A DNA stretch of 64,000 bases from an uncultured Thermoleophilia bacterium. GTDB lineage: Bacteria > Actinomycetota > Thermoleophilia > UBA2241. The notes below the pieces were generated by a model that was not told where the DNA came from, ran no database searches, and saw only the letters and a list, made by a program, of their open reading frames with translations. The first letter of the stretch is position 1. Every line of letters starts with the position of its first letter. Below are positions 60,748 through 64,000 of this stretch, piece after piece. Where the stretch lies: assembly GCA_963702475.1 (NCBI GenBank), contig CAVPCT010000005.1, positions 64,001 through 128,000 of the forward strand, given 5' to 3'. The position numbers and the translations under genes are program-made.

Positions 60748-61704
60748 CTAGCGGTCGTCGAGAGGCCGCGTGATGTGGGGAGCGTCGAGGTCCCCGATCT
60801 CCTCGCGCAGCTTCTCGAGCGAGCGCCGGATGAGGCGCGAGACGTGCATCTGGGAGATGCCCACGCGCTCGGCGATCTGGCTCTGGGTGAGACCTTCGAA
60901 GAATCTCAGGTGGAGGATGTACCGCTCGCGCTTATCGAGCTTCGCGAAGCCCGGCGCAAGCGCGGTGCGGTCCTCCATGGTGTCGTAGGCCTCTTCCTCG
61001 CCGCCCAGGTAGTCGATGAGGCCGGCGTCCTCTTCTCCGCCCTCGCCGTTGGCCGAGGCCTGCAGCGAGACCGAGTTGTACGCCTGGCTGGTCTCGAGCG
61101 CCTCCAGCACCTCCTCGGGCGTGGCGTTGGCAGCCTCCGCGAGCTCTGGGATGGTGGGCGACCGCTGCAGCTTGGGCACGAGTTCATCGATGACCTTGTT
61201 GAGGCGGATGTTGAGCTCCTGCAGGCCGCGCGGCACGCGCACCGACCAGCCCTTGTCGCGGAAGTAGCGCTTGATCTCGCCGACGATGTTGGGCGTGGCG
61301 TACGTGGTGAGCTCCACGCCACGCTCCAGGTCGAAGCGGTCGATGGCCTTGATGAGGCCGATGGCGCCGACCTGGACGAGGTCGTCGAAGTGCTCGCCAC
61401 GAGACGCGTAGCGGCGCGCCAGCGAGCGGACGAGCGGCAGGTACATGGTGATGAGCTCCTGCCTGGCCTCGATGGCGCGACGGCGCTCTGCGGGGTCGTC
61501 GCTGTCCTTGCCGTAGTGATAGACGCGCAGGAGGTACTGGTCTTTCTTTTCCGATTCGTCGCGCCCGCGCGGCTGCTCGGCGTGGACGTGCTCCTCGCCG
61601 CCGAGCTCCTCGTCGGCGTCCTCATCGCGATAGGGGCGCGCCTGACCGGGAAGCGCCCCAAGGTCGAGCGGGTCGCTGACCCTGCGGTCGTCGCGTGCGC
61701 TCAC
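60748..61704 (-). CDS. SigB/SigF-family RNA polymerase sigma factor
   Basis: DDLVQVGAIGLIKAIDRFD, GEIKRYFRDKGWSVRVPR, LTQSQIAERVGISQMHVSRL; GTGA overlap with upstream gene. Confidence 0.95.
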   Translation of the reverse strand: MSARDDRRVSDPLDLGALPGQARPYRDEDADEELGGEEHVHAEQPRGRDESEKKDQYLLRVYHYGKDSDDPAERRRAIEARQELITMYLPLVRSLARRYASRGEHFDDLVQVGAIGLIKAIDRFDLERGVELTTYATPNIVGEIKRYFRDKGWSVRVPRGLQELNIRLNKVIDELVPKLQRSPTIPELAEAANATPEEVLEALETSQAYNSVSLQASANGEGGEEDAGLIDYLGGEEEAYDTMEDRTALAPGFAKLDKRERYILHLRFFEGLTQSQIAERVGISQMHVSRLIRRSLEKLREEIGDLDAPHITRPLDDR

Positions 61705-62090
61705 GCGAAGCTCCCGCGGCGCTTCGTCAGCACCACACGGTAGGAGCCGTCGCCGTCCTCCAGGGCGACCTCGTCGACGGTGCTCGCGAGCAGCTGGCAG
61801 AGGTCGAGGCACGCCTCCTGGTGGACAGTGACCTCGGTGCGCAGACGAGGGGACCGGAACGCACCGGCCGTGAAGCGCAGCAGGCCGTCCTCGACTTCCA
61901 CGTCGACGGTCAGCCTGTCGGGGGCGTCGGCGGCGAGCGCCGTGCGCAGCAGCTCGCCGGTGGCCAGGTACAGGTCCTCCAGGTCGTCGAGCGAGAACTC
62001 CAGGCGCAGCCCCAGCCCACCCATCACCATACGGAGCGTGGAGAGGGCGTCCAGGGTGGCCGGTATCTCGAGGCTGATCCTCTCAGCCAT
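61701..62090 (-). CDS. RsbW-like anti-sigma factor (degenerate HATPase fold)
   Basis: ISLEIPA...LRMV...FSLDDLEDLYLATGE, STVDEV, VVLTKR; coupled to the sigma gene. Confidence 0.8.
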   Translation of the reverse strand: MAERISLEIPATLDALSTLRMVMGGLGLRLEFSLDDLEDLYLATGELLRTALAADAPDRLTVDVEVEDGLLRFTAGAFRSPRLRTEVTVHQEACLDLCQLLASTVDEVALEDGDGSYRVVLTKRRGSFA

Positions 62091-62098
62091 ACGCCGCC

Positions 62099-62368
62099 TC
62101 AGCCGCCCGCGGCCGCCGGCTGCGTGCCGGCGGCCTCGAGCTGCAGGGTGAGCTCGGAGTCGCGCTCGCGGGCCGCGCTCCTGCCCTCCTCGAGGGCCAG
62201 CGTGGCCCGCTGCCTCGACTCCGCGACCCAGCGCTGGGCATCGGAGGGCAGCTGCATCAGGATCTGCACGTAGCTCTCGCCGGTGCGCGTTCGGCGCCGC
62301 TGGACGTAGTAGGCGAGCGCCGCGCCCGCGACGATACCACCGAATACGAGCCTGCTCGAGAAGCCCAT
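62099..62368 (-). CDS. Small membrane-anchored protein, YtxH-like
   Basis: FGGIVAGAALAYY hydrophobic start, helical tail; follows the DUF948 gene. Confidence 0.55.
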   Translation of the reverse strand: MGFSSRLVFGGIVAGAALAYYVQRRRTRTGESYVQILMQLPSDAQRWVAESRQRATLALEEGRSAARERDSELTLQLEAAGTQPAAAGG

Positions 62369-62369
62369 A

Positions 62370-63029
62370 TCAGGCGTCCGCGGACTTCGCGGTCGTGCCA
62401 GTCACGCTCTCGTCGACGCTCACGGCCTCCTCGACCTCGACGACCTCCACGACCTCTACGACTGTGTCGGCGGCCGGCTCGCCTGCGGCGGGACCTGTTG
62501 CGGAGGCGTCCTCGAATGCGTCCGCCGCGGTCTCCGCGGCCGTGGCCGCTGGGGTGGACTCCGGCGCGGCGTAGCTCCAGCCCGAGACCGGTTCGCTGTC
62601 GGGCTCCGCGAACGGGCCGGTGCTGCCATCGGTGGCCGGGGCCTTGCCGCGACCCATGAAGCTGGACACCGCCGACTGCACGCCGGCGCTGAAGGCCGCA
62701 GCCTTGCGCGCCGGCGTGGACACGGCGCTCTCGACCGCGTTGGCCATGGTGTCGATCTTGTCGGTGATGCCGGCGACGTCCTTGGTGATCTCGTCGACGT
62801 TGTCGAGGTTCGCGTTCACGCCGTCAAGCGTCTCGCCGGCCTTCTGCATGAGCGGGATGCCGTTCTCGTCGACGTCCGCCAGGACCTTGTCGAGTCGCTC
62901 GAGCGTCTTGGCCGCCTTGAACAGGGCGTAGGCCAAAAAGATGGCCACGAGCACGAAGAAGAAGGCAGCGGAGTAGCGCAGCACCAGCGACGCGGTGCTG
63001 GTGGTGGCCGCCACGACCGTGAAGTCCAT
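62370..63029 (-). CDS. DUF948 (YtxG-like) membrane-anchored coiled-coil protein
   Basis: TM, heptad repeats TLDGVNANLDNVDEIT, acidic disordered tail; AGGAG RBS before ATG at 63029. Confidence 0.75.
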   Translation of the reverse strand: MDFTVVAATTSTASLVLRYSAAFFFVLVAIFLAYALFKAAKTLERLDKVLADVDENGIPLMQKAGETLDGVNANLDNVDEITKDVAGITDKIDTMANAVESAVSTPARKAAAFSAGVQSAVSSFMGRGKAPATDGSTGPFAEPDSEPVSGWSYAAPESTPAATAAETAADAFEDASATGPAAGEPAADTVVEVVEVVEVEEAVSVDESVTGTTAKSADA

Positions 63030-63149
63030 GCACATCTCCTTGACTGGGTGGTGATGATCGCCCGCAAGCGCACGAAGCGTATCATACCGCAGGCTCAGCC
63101 CCGGACGGTCGTTCGCGTGCCGTCGCGGGGCGCGACAGCCGTGGCACGT

Positions 63150-64000
63150 TCATTCCGCGATGACGCCGCCGCCGACCACCACATCGCCGTCGTAGAAGAC
63201 CGCCGACTGGCCCGGAGCCACGCCCTCGAACGGGCCGCTCAGGCGCACCCGCAGGCGGCCGCCGGAGGCGGGATCGAGCGCCGCCACAGGCACGGCCGCC
63301 GAGCGGTAGCGCAGCTGCACCGTGAGACCCCGGACGCCATCGAGGCCGCGGTCCGTCACGTCCCGCAGGACCAGCTCGACGCGGCCGAGATCCTCCCTGG
63401 CACCGACCATCACCTGGTTGTGTACAGGGTCGACACGCTGCACGTACCAAGGGCCGCCCTGCACGCCCAGGCCGCGGCGCTGGCCGACCGTGTAGCGCCA
63501 GTGGCCCTCGTGACGGCCCACGACCCGGCCCTGCCCGTCGACGATGTCGCCGGGCGCCGCCGGCACCCCCTGGGATTCCAGGAACGGCCGGTAGCCGTCG
63601 ACGGCGAAGCAGACCTCCTGGCTCTCAGGCTCGGCCGCCGACGGCAGCCCTGCGGCCTCGGCGGCCGCGCGCGTCTCGGCCTTGGTCGAGTCGCCGAGAG
63701 GGAACTCGAGCCTGGCGAGCGTGGCCGGCGACACGGCCCAGAGCATGTACGACTGATCCTTGGAGCGGTCGGCGCCGCGCGCCACGAAAGGCTCGCGCGC
63801 GCGCCACACGAGGCGCGCGTAGTGTCCCGTGGCCACGCGCGCGAGGCCGAGCTCGTCGGCCAGCGCCACCAGCGCCGCCAGACGCAGGGGATTGCAGGCC
63901 ACGCAGGGGTTCGGTGTCTCACCGGCCAGGTACGAGTCCGCGAACGGCCGGACCACATCACGCCCGAACGCTGCCTCCCTGTCCACCAGGTGGTGCGGCA
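63150..64000 (-). CDS. mnmA: tRNA 2-thiouridylase MnmA (5' part outside window)
   Basis: GETPNPCVACN, ATGHYAR, KDQSYML, ESQEVCF, YTVGQRRGLG, APGQSAVFY. Confidence 0.96.
   Translation of the reverse strand, partial: PHHLVDREAAFGRDVVRPFADSYLAGETPNPCVACNPLRLAALVALADELGLARVATGHYARLVWRAREPFVARGADRSKDQSYMLWAVSPATLARLEFPLGDSTKAETRAAAEAAGLPSAAEPESQEVCFAVDGYRPFLESQGVPAAPGDIVDGQGRVVGRHEGHWRYTVGQRRGLGVQGGPWYVQRVDPVHNQVMVGAREDLGRVELVLRDVTDRGLDGVRGLTVQLRYRSAAVPVAALDPASGGRLRVRLSGPFEGVAPGQSAVFYDGDVVVGGGVIAE

Overview
High-GC core-chromosome window, almost all genes on the minus strand. Gene content and order suggest a deep-branching monoderm actinobacterium (Thermoleophilia-like; inference). In transcription order (right to left): mnmA, DUF948/YtxH-like genes, anti-sigma + SigB/F-type sigma, alaS-ruvX-mltG-aroE, an ~18 kb type IVa pilus cluster, aroC-aroK-aroB-aroQ-pepQ-efp, a carboxyltransferase-AccB fusion, nusB, ispA-dxs-tlyA-nadK-recN-pyrG, an M20 peptidase, a frameshifted xerD, nucleoside salvage genes, rsmD-coaD-yceD-rpmF, plsX-acpP-rnc-smc-ftsY, and ffh-rpsP-khpA-rimM-trmD-rplS-lepB. 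The pilus locus is the most interesting part. It contains pilB (MshEN motif), pilT, pilC, an embedded divergent group-3 sigma factor, a lipoprotein, a divergently oriented GT-C glycosyltransferase, two paralogous major pilins, a PilH/PilI/PilG-like ABC module, pilD, four minor pilins, pilMNO and a PilP-like protein, with no secretin. Sigma28/WhiG-type promoters precede pilB (inside aroE), pilC, pilA1 and pilM. The second pilin lies behind a terminator and a variant c-di-GMP-I riboswitch. Together this suggests multi-level c-di-GMP control and a possible pilin switch. All calls are by-eye motif recognition; no searches were run. No tRNA, rRNA, CRISPR array or intact mobile element was seen.
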